From: Silvanigrellaceae bacterium | Lineage (GTDB): Bacteria; Bdellovibrionota_B; Oligoflexia; Silvanigrellales; CANGWC01 | Assembly: GCA_947457515.1 (NCBI GenBank) | Contig: CANGWC010000002.1 | Coordinates: 1 to 57,317, forward strand | DNA length: 57,317 nucleotides | Direction of reading: 5' to 3' | Shown: positions 1-9,730 of the stretch, in pieces | Position numbering within the stretch: position 1 is the stretch's first letter | How the letters are laid out: each line of letters opens with the position of its first letter | The notes under the pieces: model-generated | What the model saw: the letters and a program-made list of their open reading frames with translations, nothing else | Databases searched by the model: none | Told to the model about the DNA's origin: nothing | Position numbers and translations under genes: made by a program

Positions 1-127
1 ACAAAAGTCATCGACTATACAGAAAATAAGAGGTAATAATTCTTTATGTGGCATATTGAGTAGTTCCTTTGTGCCACTACTTTTATCATATATATCAATG
101 TCTTAAAAGAAACTCGCTAAAAAACTC

Positions 128-391
128 TTATCCCGAACTGACGTTAATACTGAGATTGTTCTCTCTTTGATGAACGATATCCTGTAAAAATCCGGATTCA
201 TGACAGATCAGAAATTCTATTTTTTGAGTGACCATGGCAATATCTTGTTCCAATGCTCTTTTGCTCGTTATGTTTCGAGCTATCGCTGTTGAACTCAGCT
301 CATTATAAAATTTTTGTGCAGTTAAAGTTTGAAAACTTAAAATAATAAAGAAATAATAGAAATATTTTTGATAAATTTTGAAGGTACTCAT
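128..391 (-). CDS. hypothetical small secreted protein, short paralog of 464..1027
   Basis: ORF track. Signal-like N-terminus (YYFFIILSFQTLTA) and LEQDIAMVTQKI motif shared with the neighbour (LEQDIALMSEKI). Preceded by its own copy of the conserved upstream repeat. Confidence 0.4.
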   Translation of the reverse strand: MSTFKIYQKYFYYFFIILSFQTLTAQKFYNELSSTAIARNITSKRALEQDIAMVTQKIEFLICHESGFLQDIVHQRENNLSINVSSG

Positions 392-423
392 CGACTATGC
401 ATACCTTCAAAATTTATCAAAAA
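365..423 (-). promoter_or_regulatory. perfect 22-bp inverted repeat (365..386 / 402..423, 15-nt spacer) spanning SD-like GAAGG, the start codon and codons 2-9 of ORF 128..391
   Basis: Read directly: tttttgataaattttgaaggta ... taccttcaaaatttatcaaaaa are exact reverse complements. The ATG (389..391) lies in the loop. Confidence 0.6.
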
Positions 424-469
424 CAAATTTTTATAATCACTTGTTTTTTGAATTCAATATTCGCTATAA
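389..469. repeat. about 81-bp direct repeat, copy 1 (promoter/5' leader of paralog family); copy 2 at 1025..1106
   Basis: catcgactatgcataccttcaaaatttatcaaaaacaaatttttataatcacttgttttttgaattcaatattcgctataa is near-identical to 1025..1106. A partial third match (tcatcgactata) lies at 8..19. Confidence 0.8.
430..457 (-). promoter_or_regulatory. candidate sigma70-type promoter for ORF 128..391
   Basis: Minus strand reads TTGAAT (452..457), 16 nt, TATAAA (430..435). The predicted TSS falls at about the first base of the inverted-repeat arm. Confidence 0.35.
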
Positions 470-1027
470 AGAGCTGATTTCTTGAAGTTTCAGTTCATAA
501 GAAGCCTTTGTCTCCATAAGCCATTTTTCATATTTTTCCATAATCAAGTTTGCTTTTTGAATATAGCTATTCTTATCTTGCGAAGTGACTTTTAACCCCG
601 TTTCATATGCATTAGTTCCAGTATCAAAAATTTCAGAATACAGATTTTCGCTTTCTTCAAATATTTCATTAAGCTGCTCACTCACTCCATGAGGAAGTGA
701 GTGTAAGAATTCATGGGCTAAGCCTGCTAAAGGAGGTGAACCCTCTTGTATAGATTCTTGTATTATGAGTATTACAGACATAATATCAAAGAGTTTTATC
801 GTTTGATTTCCTATTTTTTCTGAGTATGAGCTTTTCCGTGTGTTTAGAAGAGCTATTTTTTCACTCATCAAAGCAATATCTTGTTCTAAGTTTAATGCTA
901 TTTCATCAGATATGGTGAGAGGTGCTTCTAGCTGAATTGTTCTCTTAGTAGAATGCGCAACTAAAGTCTGAAAAGTCATCATAATAAATAAATAATAAAG
1001 ATATTTTTGATTTTTTAGGATGCGCAT
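464..1027 (-). CDS. hypothetical secreted protein (paralog family)
   Basis: ORF track. Signal-like N-terminus YYLFIMMTFQTLVA. Shares N-terminal third with 128..391. No recognisable domain. Confidence 0.5.
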   Translation of the reverse strand: MRILKNQKYLYYLFIMMTFQTLVAHSTKRTIQLEAPLTISDEIALNLEQDIALMSEKIALLNTRKSSYSEKIGNQTIKLFDIMSVILIIQESIQEGSPPLAGLAHEFLHSLPHGVSEQLNEIFEESENLYSEIFDTGTNAYETGLKVTSQDKNSYIQKANLIMEKYEKWLMETKASYELKLQEISSL

Positions 1028-1106
1028 CGACTATGCATACCTTCAAAAATCTTCAAAAACAAATTTTTACAATCACTTGTTTTTTGAATTTAATATTCGC
1101 TATAAT
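1025..1106. repeat. about 81-bp direct repeat, copy 2
   Basis: catcgactatgcataccttcaaaaatcttcaaaaacaaatttttacaatcacttgttttttgaatttaatattcgctataat, a few mismatches to 389..469. Confidence 0.8.
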
Positions 1107-1126
1107 ATTAAAAATATAGTAAAATA

Positions 1127-1633
1127 TTGAGCTTTGCTTTTTGCCTTTATCTTGTAAGGATATTTTCCGATATGTATACCATAATGAACTCTCAACGTTT
1201 TATTTGGTTTTATATATCTATTTTAAATTGTTTCTTTTGCTCTTCAGCATTTTCTTTCAGTTTATTATTAGAAGTTGAAGTAGATCCCTTAACAGAGTTA
1301 AAATTTATTCTTACCCGAGATGCTTTTTTAGGAGAAGATCCAATATTACAGGCTATCTTACATCCTAATTCAAATTATATTCAAAATCTTTGCTCTGCTT
1401 TGATACAGCTTCAATACCCTATTTCTTATGAATTTATTTCGCGATTTGCGTTAATACACCGAACCATTAATAATCGACAACCTAAAACGATTAAAGACTT
1501 TATGCTCCTAATAATATCCATCAAAAATTTTGATATGATCAATGCTAAAGAATTATTTGAAAGTCCATCTGTATTAAGACATATGGACTATATAGTGGCT
1601 TTTTTGAATGAGGAAGATTCTGCAGAGCTTTAA
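1127..1633 (+). CDS. hypothetical protein, possible signal peptide
   Basis: ORF track only. Internal Met at 1172 or 1184 gives MNSQRFIWFYISILNCFFCSSAFS, which is signal-like. Start uncertain. Confidence 0.35.
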   Translation: MSFAFCLYLVRIFSDMYTIMNSQRFIWFYISILNCFFCSSAFSFSLLLEVEVDPLTELKFILTRDAFLGEDPILQAILHPNSNYIQNLCSALIQLQYPISYEFISRFALIHRTINNRQPKTIKDFMLLIISIKNFDMINAKELFESPSVLRHMDYIVAFLNEEDSAEL

Positions 1634-1670
1634 ATTCTATTCAGATAGGAAATTATAGTTTATACATGGG

Positions 1671-2459
1671 ATGTATTATTCAGAATTCATCCTTATGACG
1701 CTTACTCTTGAACATTTTAAAGATCTTTCCATCACTCATCCGGTTATTCTTCTAGAATTAGGAAGATCTCTTTATGAAGAAGAAGTTGCACTCATTGTAA
1801 AACAGCTGTGTGGATTCCATTACACTCAAAATCACCCTGATGTTTTTTATCCGTCTTCGTTTAAGAAAGAAGATCTTTATCCTATTCATCGGTTTTGTCT
1901 TTTTGAACCATTACCTAGCTCTTTGAAAAGATGTGTTTATCTTCCTATTTTAGAAAGTGCACCTCCGCAATCTATGCATTTTCTTTTAAAACTTTTAGAA
2001 GAGCCTAATTCTCATAAAATTCAGTTTATTCTCACCACTCTCAATAAAAAATTAATTCTTCCCACAATCATCAGTCGATGCACTTCCTTTGCACTTAGCT
2101 TAATCAGTGATGCGAAAGAACAGATCAATGATACTTTAATACTTAAAGAGTGGATTAAAATCTACTTATATGAAGATAAAGTAGATTTTTATGGAAAAAT
2201 TTATAAGTTCTGTTCAGGTCAAGAATCTAAGGTTTTAATAAATCATATCTTAAATTACATGTATGAATTGAGCTTAGCTCATAACGATAATGAATCGATT
2301 TGGAATAAAATCAAACTCATGGAAAATAAGATGAGATTGTGGGTAAAGTCAGAAAACTACAATATTCCTAACTATTTGTGGATGTATTTTCTTTTTGGTG
2401 ACTTACAGGCATATCCACAAATTCCAAAAATGCTCGACGAGCATTATCCCCAGGTCTAA
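1671..2459 (+). CDS. holB: DNA polymerase III delta-prime-like subunit (degenerate P-loop)
   Basis: Motif FLLKLLEEPNSHKIQFILTTLNKKLILPTIISRC matches the clamp-loader delta-prime signature LLKtLEEPp...TI.SRC. No GxxGxGK. Start uncertain. Confidence 0.55.
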   Translation: MYYSEFILMTLTLEHFKDLSITHPVILLELGRSLYEEEVALIVKQLCGFHYTQNHPDVFYPSSFKKEDLYPIHRFCLFEPLPSSLKRCVYLPILESAPPQSMHFLLKLLEEPNSHKIQFILTTLNKKLILPTIISRCTSFALSLISDAKEQINDTLILKEWIKIYLYEDKVDFYGKIYKFCSGQESKVLINHILNYMYELSLAHNDNESIWNKIKLMENKMRLWVKSENYNIPNYLWMYFLFGDLQAYPQIPKMLDEHYPQV

Positions 2460-2763
2460 ACCCTAATTTAAGAAGTCTTAAATAACCACCAGCTCTGTTT
2501 TTATGTGCTGGTCCAATGTCTTTAAAAAGTCTTTGTGTAGCAATAGAAGTAAATAATATTGAGCTTGCTTTTCTTCTACGATTAAAATCATCTTCTTTAG
2601 CTAGAGTCACTAAAGGTTCAACAAAACCTCTGAGTTCCTTTGCTTTTTCTAAAGTGGTTACCATAAATCCTTTTTCAATAAGATTTGTGGCCATATTTCT
2701 AAGAAGTGCTTTTCTGTGTGATGAATTACGATTAAGTTTTCGCTTTCCTATACGATGTTTCAT
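2368..2763 (-). CDS. rplQ: 50S ribosomal protein L17
   Basis: MKHRIGKRKLNRNSSHRKALLRNM... is a typical bL17 N-terminus. Follows rpoA. Confidence 0.93.
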   Translation of the reverse strand: MKHRIGKRKLNRNSSHRKALLRNMATNLIEKGFMVTTLEKAKELRGFVEPLVTLAKEDDFNRRRKASSILFTSIATQRLFKDIGPAHKNRAGGYLRLLKLGFRPGDNARRAFLEFVDMPVSHQKENTSTNS

Positions 2764-3755
2764 GGATTATTTTCCCGAGCTTTATTGATATCAAAACCTT
2801 CAGTCTTCATACCAAGATGAAGACCCATTTCTGTTAAAATATCTTTAATTTCATTAAGTGTTTTACGTCCGAAATTTTTAGTACGTAAAAGTTCAGATTC
2901 TGTTTTGGTGACAAGTTCACCTAAGAAACGAATACCTGCAATTTCTAGGCAATTAGCAGCACGAACAGATAGTTCTAATTCATCTACGGTACGATTTAAA
3001 TTTTCGTTAACTCGTGCATCTACTGGAGTTGCTTCTGTAGATGGAACATCTTCATCAATTTCATGGAAATTAATGAAAACAGAAAGCTGATCTTTTAATA
3101 TCTTAGCTGCATATGCGATAGCATCTTCAGGGTTAATTCCCCCATTAGTGACTATCTCTAAAACAAGTTTATTAAAGTTTGATTTTTTATCAACGCGAGT
3201 TTCAGTGACTGAGAATGTTGCTCTTTTCACAGGTGAAAAAACAGCATCCATAGGAATAACTCCAACGGGAAGATCCATTTCTTTAATTTCATCACTTGTC
3301 ATGTAGCCTTTGCCGGATCGAATATAGAGATCACATTTAAAATGACCTCCCGCTCCGACGGTACAGATGACTTCATTAGGATTTAGCATCCTAACGCCAC
3401 CATTAGTAATAATATCAGAAGCTAAAACAGTCTTTGGTCCTACAACATCTATGTGAGCTACAGTAACTGCATCTCCTTCAAGCCAAACATTTAAGTTTTT
3501 AAGGTTAAGAATGATTTCTGTTACATCTTCAGATACTTCAGGTAATGTCGAAAACTCATGTTCAACATTATCAATTTTAATACCAACGACTGCCGCTCCT
3601 TGGAGTGAAGAAAGAAGTATTCTTCTGAGTGAATTACCCAAAGTCATACCAAAACCTCTTTCTAAAGGTTTTGCCACAAATCTTCCATAAGAAGATGTGA
3701 CTTCCTCTCTTTCCAACTGGGCAGGTTTTATCATTGATTTCCAATTGGTTCTCAT
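2760..3755 (-). CDS. rpoA: DNA-directed RNA polymerase alpha subunit
   Basis: 331 aa. GNSLRRILLSS and C-terminal ELSVRAANCL...ELLRTKNFGRKTLNEIK (alpha-CTD). Confidence 0.97.
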   Translation of the reverse strand: MRTNWKSMIKPAQLEREEVTSSYGRFVAKPLERGFGMTLGNSLRRILLSSLQGAAVVGIKIDNVEHEFSTLPEVSEDVTEIILNLKNLNVWLEGDAVTVAHIDVVGPKTVLASDIITNGGVRMLNPNEVICTVGAGGHFKCDLYIRSGKGYMTSDEIKEMDLPVGVIPMDAVFSPVKRATFSVTETRVDKKSNFNKLVLEIVTNGGINPEDAIAYAAKILKDQLSVFINFHEIDEDVPSTEATPVDARVNENLNRTVDELELSVRAANCLEIAGIRFLGELVTKTESELLRTKNFGRKTLNEIKDILTEMGLHLGMKTEGFDINKARENNP

Positions 3756-3767
3756 AATATCTCTCCG

Positions 3768-4400
3768 TTATTTTGAATATAGTTCAACAACAAGTTGTTC
3801 TCTGACTGGTATATGTATTTCATCCCTTTGAGGAATAGCTACAACTTCAGCTGAAAGATTGTGAATATCCCAGTTAAGCCATGCTGGAACACTGTGATTC
3901 TCTTTCTTCGCTGTTTCTAAAGCCCCTACGACACTTGGAATGGATAAAATACTATTTTTAAAAGTAATTTTATCGCCTACCTTAAGTAATCTAGAGGGGA
4001 TATTACATCTCTTCCCATTGATAAGCACATGGTTGTGTGTCGCTATTTGACGAGCTGAGTTTTGGCTGACGCCTACTCCCATTTTTCTCAATACAGAGTC
4101 CAACCTAAGTTCTAATGACTGTAGGAGAAGATCTCCGGTTTTGCCTTTACGAGATGCAACTTTATTGAAGGTAGAACGAAATTGCTTTTCCTGCATTGCA
4201 TAATAACGCTTAAGTTTTTGTTTTTCTCTGAGCTGAACTCCATAATCGGACAATTTAGTTCTTTTGGTTCCATGCTGTCCTGGAGGAGTTTTTTTCTTCT
4301 CTACGGGACATTTGTCTGTAAAGCAACGATCTCCCTTAAGATATAGTTTAGTACCTTCTCTTCTACATAGACGGCAACTTGGCCCTATATAACGTGACAT
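3768..4400 (-). CDS. rpsD: 30S ribosomal protein S4
   Basis: [26 protein letters not shown]... Confidence 0.96.
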   Translation of the reverse strand: MSRYIGPSCRLCRREGTKLYLKGDRCFTDKCPVEKKKTPPGQHGTKRTKLSDYGVQLREKQKLKRYYAMQEKQFRSTFNKVASRKGKTGDLLLQSLELRLDSVLRKMGVGVSQNSARQIATHNHVLINGKRCNIPSRLLKVGDKITFKNSILSIPSVVGALETAKKENHSVPAWLNWDIHNLSAEVVAIPQRDEIHIPVREQLVVELYSK

Positions 4401-4786
4401 TATACTCTCCTTCTTTTAGGTGGCCTACATCCATTATGCGGAATAGGTGTGACATCTTTAATGAGAGTTATCTTTAACCCTGCATGAGTAATGGCTCTTA
4501 TAGCTGATTCACGACCTGAGCCTGGACCAGAAACAAGAACAGAACAGGTTTTCATTCCTGCTTCCATTGCTTTTTTGGCAGCTTCTTCACTAGCTATTTG
4601 GGCAGCAAATGGTGTGCCTCTACGAGATCCTTTGAATCCTTTAGCACCAGAACTAGACCATGCTAAGACACCGCCTGCAGCATCTGCAAAAGTGATCATG
4701 GTGTTATTAAATGTCGCCTTAATATGAGCTACACCCACGGGGACATTTTTTTTTACTTTCTTTTTTTTAGAAACAACTTTTGACAT
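4400..4786 (-). CDS. rpsK: 30S ribosomal protein S11
   Basis: [18 protein letters not shown]...[13 protein letters not shown]. Confidence 0.96.
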   Translation of the reverse strand: MSKVVSKKKKVKKNVPVGVAHIKATFNNTMITFADAAGGVLAWSSSGAKGFKGSRRGTPFAAQIASEEAAKKAMEAGMKTCSVLVSGPGSGRESAIRAITHAGLKITLIKDVTPIPHNGCRPPKRRRV

Positions 4787-4795
4787 TCTTACCTA

Positions 4796-5164
4796 CTATT
4801 TCTTTTTATTAGCTACTGTTTTTTTAGGACCTTTGCGGGTTCTTGCATTAGTCTTCGTTCTTTGGCCTCTCACTGGTAGACCTTTACGGTGTCTTAGACC
4901 TCTATGACATCCAAGATCCATAAGCCTCTTGATATGTGACATAGACTGACGACGGAGGTCTCCTTCGACAGTACAAGAGCCTTCTATGGCCTTCCTAAGA
5001 ACATTAACTTGCTGATCAGTTAACTCAAAAGTACGAGTATTTCCAGAAATACCTGTAGTGTTGAGCAATTTCTCAGCCGTTTTATGACCTATACCGTAGA
5101 TATAAGTCAATGATGTCGCTATGTTTTTATTTTTTGGAATATCTATCCCTGCAATTCGAGCCAC
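4796..5164 (-). CDS. rpsM: 30S ribosomal protein S13
   Basis: [13 protein letters not shown]...[24 protein letters not shown]. Confidence 0.96.
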   Translation of the reverse strand: MARIAGIDIPKNKNIATSLTYIYGIGHKTAEKLLNTTGISGNTRTFELTDQQVNVLRKAIEGSCTVEGDLRRQSMSHIKRLMDLGCHRGLRHRKGLPVRGQRTKTNARTRKGPKKTVANKKK

Positions 5165-5176
5165 TGATTATACTTC

Positions 5177-5290
5177 CTATCCTTGACGTTGTTTATGTTT
5201 TTTTACGGGACAAGTCACTCTGACAATACCGTGTCTTCTAATGACCTTGCATTTTTCACACATAGGTTTAACACTTGCTCTAACTTTCAT
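5177..5290 (-). CDS. rpmJ: 50S ribosomal protein L36 (Zn-binding type)
   Basis: Not in ORF track. Hand translation of the minus strand gives [37 protein letters not shown] then TAG. Canonical position between infA and rpsM. Confidence 0.9.
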   Translation of the reverse strand: MKVRASVKPMCEKCKVIRRHGIVRVTCPVKKHKQRQG

Positions 5291-5362
5291 TTATTTATCC
5301 TTTGGAACATTCTTTATATTTTTCAAGAAGAAAAATCAAATTTTATTTACATACCTTCATGT

Positions 5363-5581
5363 TTATTTAGACCGGAAGATAATACGACCCCTATGGAGAT
5401 CATAAGGTGTCATTTCAACCTTAACTCTATCCCCTGGGAGTATATTAATGTAGTTCATACGCATTTTTCCTGAAACATGCCCGAGTATGCGATGGCCGTT
5501 GTCCAAATCTACTCTAAACATATTATTAGGAAGTTTTTCTGCGACTACGCCTTCCATCTCAATACAATCTTGCTTACTCAC
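5363..5581 (-). CDS. infA: translation initiation factor IF-1
   Basis: 72 aa. [11 protein letters not shown]...[13 protein letters not shown]...[26 protein letters not shown]. Confidence 0.95.
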   Translation of the reverse strand: MSKQDCIEMEGVVAEKLPNNMFRVDLDNGHRILGHVSGKMRMNYINILPGDRVKVEMTPYDLHRGRIIFRSK

Positions 5582-6288
5582 ACGTCACCTACTAGTGCCG
5601 AAGGGTCACTTTGATTGTCCTGCAGCAAGTTTGACACTTTGTCATAGATCTCTTCTATTGGCAACAACGCACTTAAAATATGTACCTGATTTTCCTTTTT
5701 ATAAAATTCCACCAGTGGGTATGTAAGCTCTTGAAAAATATCAAACCTGTGGCCTACAATATCAGGTTTATCATCTTCTCTTTGATAATATGGTCCTTCT
5801 CCATGACAGGTATTACAGTCGTCTTTTTGTTTATTAAGTGACTTTAAATCAAATGATTTTTGGCATGTTTGGCAGATTCTTCTATCAGAGAATCTATGAA
5901 TAATTTCGTTGCGACCTGCTTGGAAATAAATAATTTTTCCAAGACTTATGCCTGGTTGTGAAGACACCCATTTTTGTAAAGATTCACCTTGAAAAATATT
6001 TCTTGGTATACCATCTAATAAAATATCTGATGGAGGAGACTCTTGCTGTCTTAAAGTCCTAAAAGAATCAAAAGCACAGTTTAATATTGTTTCATCATCT
6101 ACCAGTTCACCGCTATTCATTCTAGATTCAATGGCAATCCCTACGGGAGTTTTTTTGAGAATTTGAGCTCTTAAAATATTGCCAGATGACACATGTACAA
6201 AACCTGGGTGTTTTTTAGCTATTAAGGAGGCCTGCGTGCCTTTACCAGAACCCGGAGGTCCTAGAAATATATGTATTTTTAGTGACAT
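5578..6288 (-). CDS. adk: adenylate kinase (Cys4 zinc lid)
   Basis: P-loop [10 protein letters not shown]. Lid CQTC...CNTC. 4-nt overlap with infA. Confidence 0.9.
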   Translation of the reverse strand: MSLKIHIFLGPPGSGKGTQASLIAKKHPGFVHVSSGNILRAQILKKTPVGIAIESRMNSGELVDDETILNCAFDSFRTLRQQESPPSDILLDGIPRNIFQGESLQKWVSSQPGISLGKIIYFQAGRNEIIHRFSDRRICQTCQKSFDLKSLNKQKDDCNTCHGEGPYYQREDDKPDIVGHRFDIFQELTYPLVEFYKKENQVHILSALLPIEEIYDKVSNLLQDNQSDPSALVGDV

Positions 6289-6324
6289 GGCTAATTTCTT
6301 TACATACTTTTATAAAAACAGAAA

Positions 6325-7614
6325 CTACGAATTAGGTGGCGTAGAAGTAAGTATTCGATAATCATATTTTTGAGTTGTTAAATGTGCTGAAACTTGTCGT
6401 ATCGTTTCCAAAGCAACACCTACAACAATGAGCAACGAGGTCCCACTAAAATTAAACTGTTGACCAAAAGATGACGTTAAAATCATGGGCAAAAATATAA
6501 TAATATTCATATAAAAAGCCCCTGCTAACGTCAGTCTTGACACCACTTGCTTAAGTGCATCTAAAGTTTCAGATCCAGGTCTAATTCCTGGAATATACGC
6601 GTTCTGTCTTTTCAAATTCTCCGCAATATCTTCCGGTCTAAATGTAATGGAAATATACACATAACAAAAAAACAAAACACAAATTGCAAAGAGTGTATGG
6701 TATAGCCATCGACCCTGGTTTAGATCAGATAATAATGGATGACCTTTAAAAGATGTGAACCCAGCTAATGATACAGGTATGGCTAACAATGTACTTGCAA
6801 AAATGGATGGAATCACTCCAGCCATATTTAACTTCAGTGGCAAGTGACTCACATGCACACCTGCAGAAGAATTAGAAGAAACTTTCCGCGCATAATGTAT
6901 GGGAATTTTACGATAACTTTGTTCTATTAAAGTTACTAAAAAGACGATAATGATACAGAAAATCAAAATTCCCATGATACCTAATAAAGACAATTGATTA
7001 TCCCTATATGCAGATATCATATTTCCTAATGTTGCAGGCAAATTAGCCACTATACCTGCAAATATTAAAAGACTTGTTCCATTACCAAGACCTTTCTCAG
7101 TAATTTGTTCACCAAGCCACATCACAAAACATGTGCCTGTAGCTAAAACCATCATAGATAATAAACGAAAACTGAGTCCTGGATCAAGCACGGGGGGGCC
7201 TGCGGGGGTATCTCCTGCCCCTTCTAATAAAGTTGATAATAAATAACCCTGTACTAGTGCAAGTATAACAGTAATTCCGCGTGTTATGCGATTTATTTTT
7301 TGTCTACCTACACCACCTTCTTTCTGAAGCTGTTCTAATGTTGGTAGAACTACAGTCATGAGTTGCATGATAATACTGGAAGAAATATAAGGCATTATAC
7401 CTAAGGCAAAAATAGAGAAATTGGCCAGTGCCCCACCAGAAAAGAGGTTAAGAAGTCTGAGTAGGCCAGTATTATTTTGATCAACTATTGAGATTAAAGC
7501 TCTTACGTTAACTCCAGGAGTTGGGATATGAACTCCAAGTCTGAATACTGCAAGTACAGCTATGGTAAAAGCAAAACGTTTTAAAAGGTCACTTTCCCCA
7601 ACTTCGCTTTTCAT
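6325..7614 (-). CDS. secY: preprotein translocase subunit SecY
   Basis: 429 aa polytopic. [14 protein letters not shown] motif. Canonical position after rplO. Confidence 0.95.
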   Translation of the reverse strand: MKSEVGESDLLKRFAFTIAVLAVFRLGVHIPTPGVNVRALISIVDQNNTGLLRLLNLFSGGALANFSIFALGIMPYISSSIIMQLMTVVLPTLEQLQKEGGVGRQKINRITRGITVILALVQGYLLSTLLEGAGDTPAGPPVLDPGLSFRLLSMMVLATGTCFVMWLGEQITEKGLGNGTSLLIFAGIVANLPATLGNMISAYRDNQLSLLGIMGILIFCIIIVFLVTLIEQSYRKIPIHYARKVSSNSSAGVHVSHLPLKLNMAGVIPSIFASTLLAIPVSLAGFTSFKGHPLLSDLNQGRWLYHTLFAICVLFFCYVYISITFRPEDIAENLKRQNAYIPGIRPGSETLDALKQVVSRLTLAGAFYMNIIIFLPMILTSSFGQQFNFSGTSLLIVVGVALETIRQVSAHLTTQKYDYRILTSTPPNS

Positions 7615-8042
7615 GTGTGGTGAGCTGAAGCAACAATATCAACGGAAGCCGCTAATAATTTTTCACGTGCATTGGCTGAAATTTTAGCATTTTTAATGGT
7701 TTTTAAATCTGCTGGAACGTCGCCTAAAGAAAGTATTTTAAGATGAGATGGCATAAACTTGTTTCCATCAAGTATACCTTTTTCTACATGCATAGACAAA
7801 TCTTTAAGATTTAAAGATTTAACCTCTTGTCTTCTAATAGGAGTAAAACCCCTTTTAGGCATACGACGGTATAAAGGAGTTTGTCCACCTTCAAAACCTG
7901 GTCTTATAGAGCTACCAGATCGAGCGGTTTGTCCTTTGCCCCCACGGCCAGATGTTTTTCCTAATCCTGATCCAGGTCCTCGACCCTTTCTTTTTTTAGA
8001 AGAAGTAGCTCCAGGATTGGGTTTGAGTTCATTTAAAAACAT
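7611..8042 (-). CDS. rplO: 50S ribosomal protein L15
   Basis: [10 protein letters not shown]...[22 protein letters not shown]. Confidence 0.95.
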   Translation of the reverse strand: MFLNELKPNPGATSSKKRKGRGPGSGLGKTSGRGGKGQTARSGSSIRPGFEGGQTPLYRRMPKRGFTPIRRQEVKSLNLKDLSMHVEKGILDGNKFMPSHLKILSLGDVPADLKTIKNAKISANAREKLLAASVDIVASAHHT

Positions 8043-8051
8043 AATTCTTTC

Positions 8052-8267
8052 TCACTTCTTTGCGTTATTATCTAAAGGGGTAACTTCAAGACAGTTTAAA
8101 ACTTTATTCATTTGACCTATCGAACAAGCGTTAGCCGAAATAATCTTTATTTGACCAATTTTTTTTAAGCCTAATGACATTAAAGTTTTTCTGATAGACG
8201 GATTTTGTCCGATTAAACTTCGCTTTAAAACAACTTGTAATTCTTGATTTAAAAGAAATGCTGTCAT
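8052..8267 (-). CDS. rpmD: 50S ribosomal protein L30
   Basis: Position between rpsE and rplO. LKRSLIGQNPSIRKTLMSLGLKKIGQ matches the uL30 core. N-terminal start uncertain. Confidence 0.85.
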   Translation of the reverse strand: MTAFLLNQELQVVLKRSLIGQNPSIRKTLMSLGLKKIGQIKIISANACSIGQMNKVLNCLEVTPLDNNAKK

Positions 8268-8809
8268 GATTCACTCCCTACAGATTTATCTAAAGAGCCT
8301 CTAAGAGCCATATAATCAGATCTTAATAACATATTTTTAAATGCCAAAAATGTAGCTCTTACAACTGTGTGTGGATTGCGACTACCTCTAATTTTTGAAG
8401 TTAAATTTGATATTCCAGCAAGTTCCGCCACAGTACGGACAGCACTTCCAGCAACAACCCCTCGTCCTTCAGGTGCAGGACTTAGAAAAATTTTACTTGC
8501 TCCAAACTTAGTTTCAACTCTGTAAGGAATTGTATTTTTTTCCATAGGGACATGCACAAGTGTCTTACGAGCTTGAAAAGCCGCTTTACGCACAGCTTCT
8601 GCAACCTCATTAGCTTTACCTAAACCATAGCCAACAAAACCATTTTTATCACCAACAACTACGAGAGCAGAAAAACTCATTCTTCTTCCTCCCTTAACTG
8701 TTTTAGATACTCTGGATAATTTAATAACTCTCTCTTCGAACCTATCTTTTTTAGTTTCGCCTCGGTCTCTTCTATTTTCTGTGTGTTCTTTTTTTTGTTC
8801 CATATTCAC
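8264..8809 (-). CDS. rpsE: 30S ribosomal protein S5
   Basis: VSKTVKGGRRMSFSALVVVGDKNGFVGYGLGKANEV. Confidence 0.95.
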   Translation of the reverse strand: MNMEQKKEHTENRRDRGETKKDRFEERVIKLSRVSKTVKGGRRMSFSALVVVGDKNGFVGYGLGKANEVAEAVRKAAFQARKTLVHVPMEKNTIPYRVETKFGASKIFLSPAPEGRGVVAGSAVRTVAELAGISNLTSKIRGSRNPHTVVRATFLAFKNMLLRSDYMALRGSLDKSVGSES

Positions 8810-8825
8810 CGCTCAACTTTATAAG

Positions 8826-9188
8826 TTAAAAAATTAATCCTTGTTCTCGAGCAGACTCAGCAAATGCGAGTACTCGACCATGATACGTAAATCCATTGCG
8901 GTCAAAAACAACCTTCTGGATATCCTTACTCTGTGCTCTTTCTGCAATAATCTGACCTAATTTATGAGCCATATCTTTTCCATTCAAAGATAAAGTTCTC
9001 ATATCTTTTTCCATTGTGCTCGCACAAACAAGCACTTTCTGAGCATTATCATCAATAATCTGAGCTTGTAGATGTCGTGAACTTCTGAATATACACAAAC
9101 GAGGATTTTCCATTCTCGTTCTTCTATTTTTCCAAAATCTCATTTTTCTTTGTTTTCGACCTAGATGTCGAAGAGGTGCTTTATACAT
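8826..9188 (-). CDS. rplR: 50S ribosomal protein L18
   Basis: PRLCIFRSSRHLQAQIIDD...FDRNGFTYHGRVLAFAESAREQGL. Confidence 0.93.
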   Translation of the reverse strand: MYKAPLRHLGRKQRKMRFWKNRRTRMENPRLCIFRSSRHLQAQIIDDNAQKVLVCASTMEKDMRTLSLNGKDMAHKLGQIIAERAQSKDIQKVVFDRNGFTYHGRVLAFAESAREQGLIF

Positions 9189-9724
9189 TATTTTTTACCT
9201 GACGACTTTCCTTGTTTTGTAACAATAACTTCTTGAGCATACCGAATTCCCTTACCATGATATGGTTCTGGAGGTCTGATAGAACGTATAGATGCAGCCA
9301 TCTGACCGACTGTAGCCTTATCTGAACCTGAAATATGAATTTTACCTGTCTTATCAACTTCAAATTGAATTCCAGGCAAAGGTTCTACGGTAACTGGATG
9401 AGAAAAGCCAACAACAAGAGCTAGATTTTTACCAGAAACAGAAGCTCTGTAACCAGTACCGTGTAATTCTAATTGTTTTTTAAAACCTTCGGAAACACCT
9501 ATAACCATATTATCTATAAGGGTTCTGTAGAGCCCCCAATAAGCTGGTTGAGAATCCTGTGATAGTTTAACACTTACAACAGAACCTGTTGATTCCAACT
9601 CAATTCTATTGAAAGTATCGAGCTGAAGATTTCCTTTGGGTCCCTTTACACTCACAACAGATTGCTGCTTGTCTATAGTAACTCCTGAAGGAAGATTAAT
9701 AGGTTTTTTACCAATTCGTGACAT
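9188..9724 (-). CDS. rplF: 50S ribosomal protein L6
   Basis: MSRIGKKPINLPSGV... Confidence 0.95.
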   Translation of the reverse strand: MSRIGKKPINLPSGVTIDKQQSVVSVKGPKGNLQLDTFNRIELESTGSVVSVKLSQDSQPAYWGLYRTLIDNMVIGVSEGFKKQLELHGTGYRASVSGKNLALVVGFSHPVTVEPLPGIQFEVDKTGKIHISGSDKATVGQMAASIRSIRPPEPYHGKGIRYAQEVIVTKQGKSSGKK

Positions 9725-9730
9725 AATTTT

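Noticed and set aside
9181-9363. Same-strand alternative-frame ORFs overlapping real genes: 9181..9363 in rplF, 11783..11998 in rplP, 16106..16288 over rpsJ, 31152..31379 in the A/S/P linker, 31783..31965 in the Ldt gene, 48421..48726 in the membrane protein, 34179..34367 in pilin-like paralog 1.
   Set aside because: Each is fully contained in a longer, better-supported frame, with no independent SD or start context.
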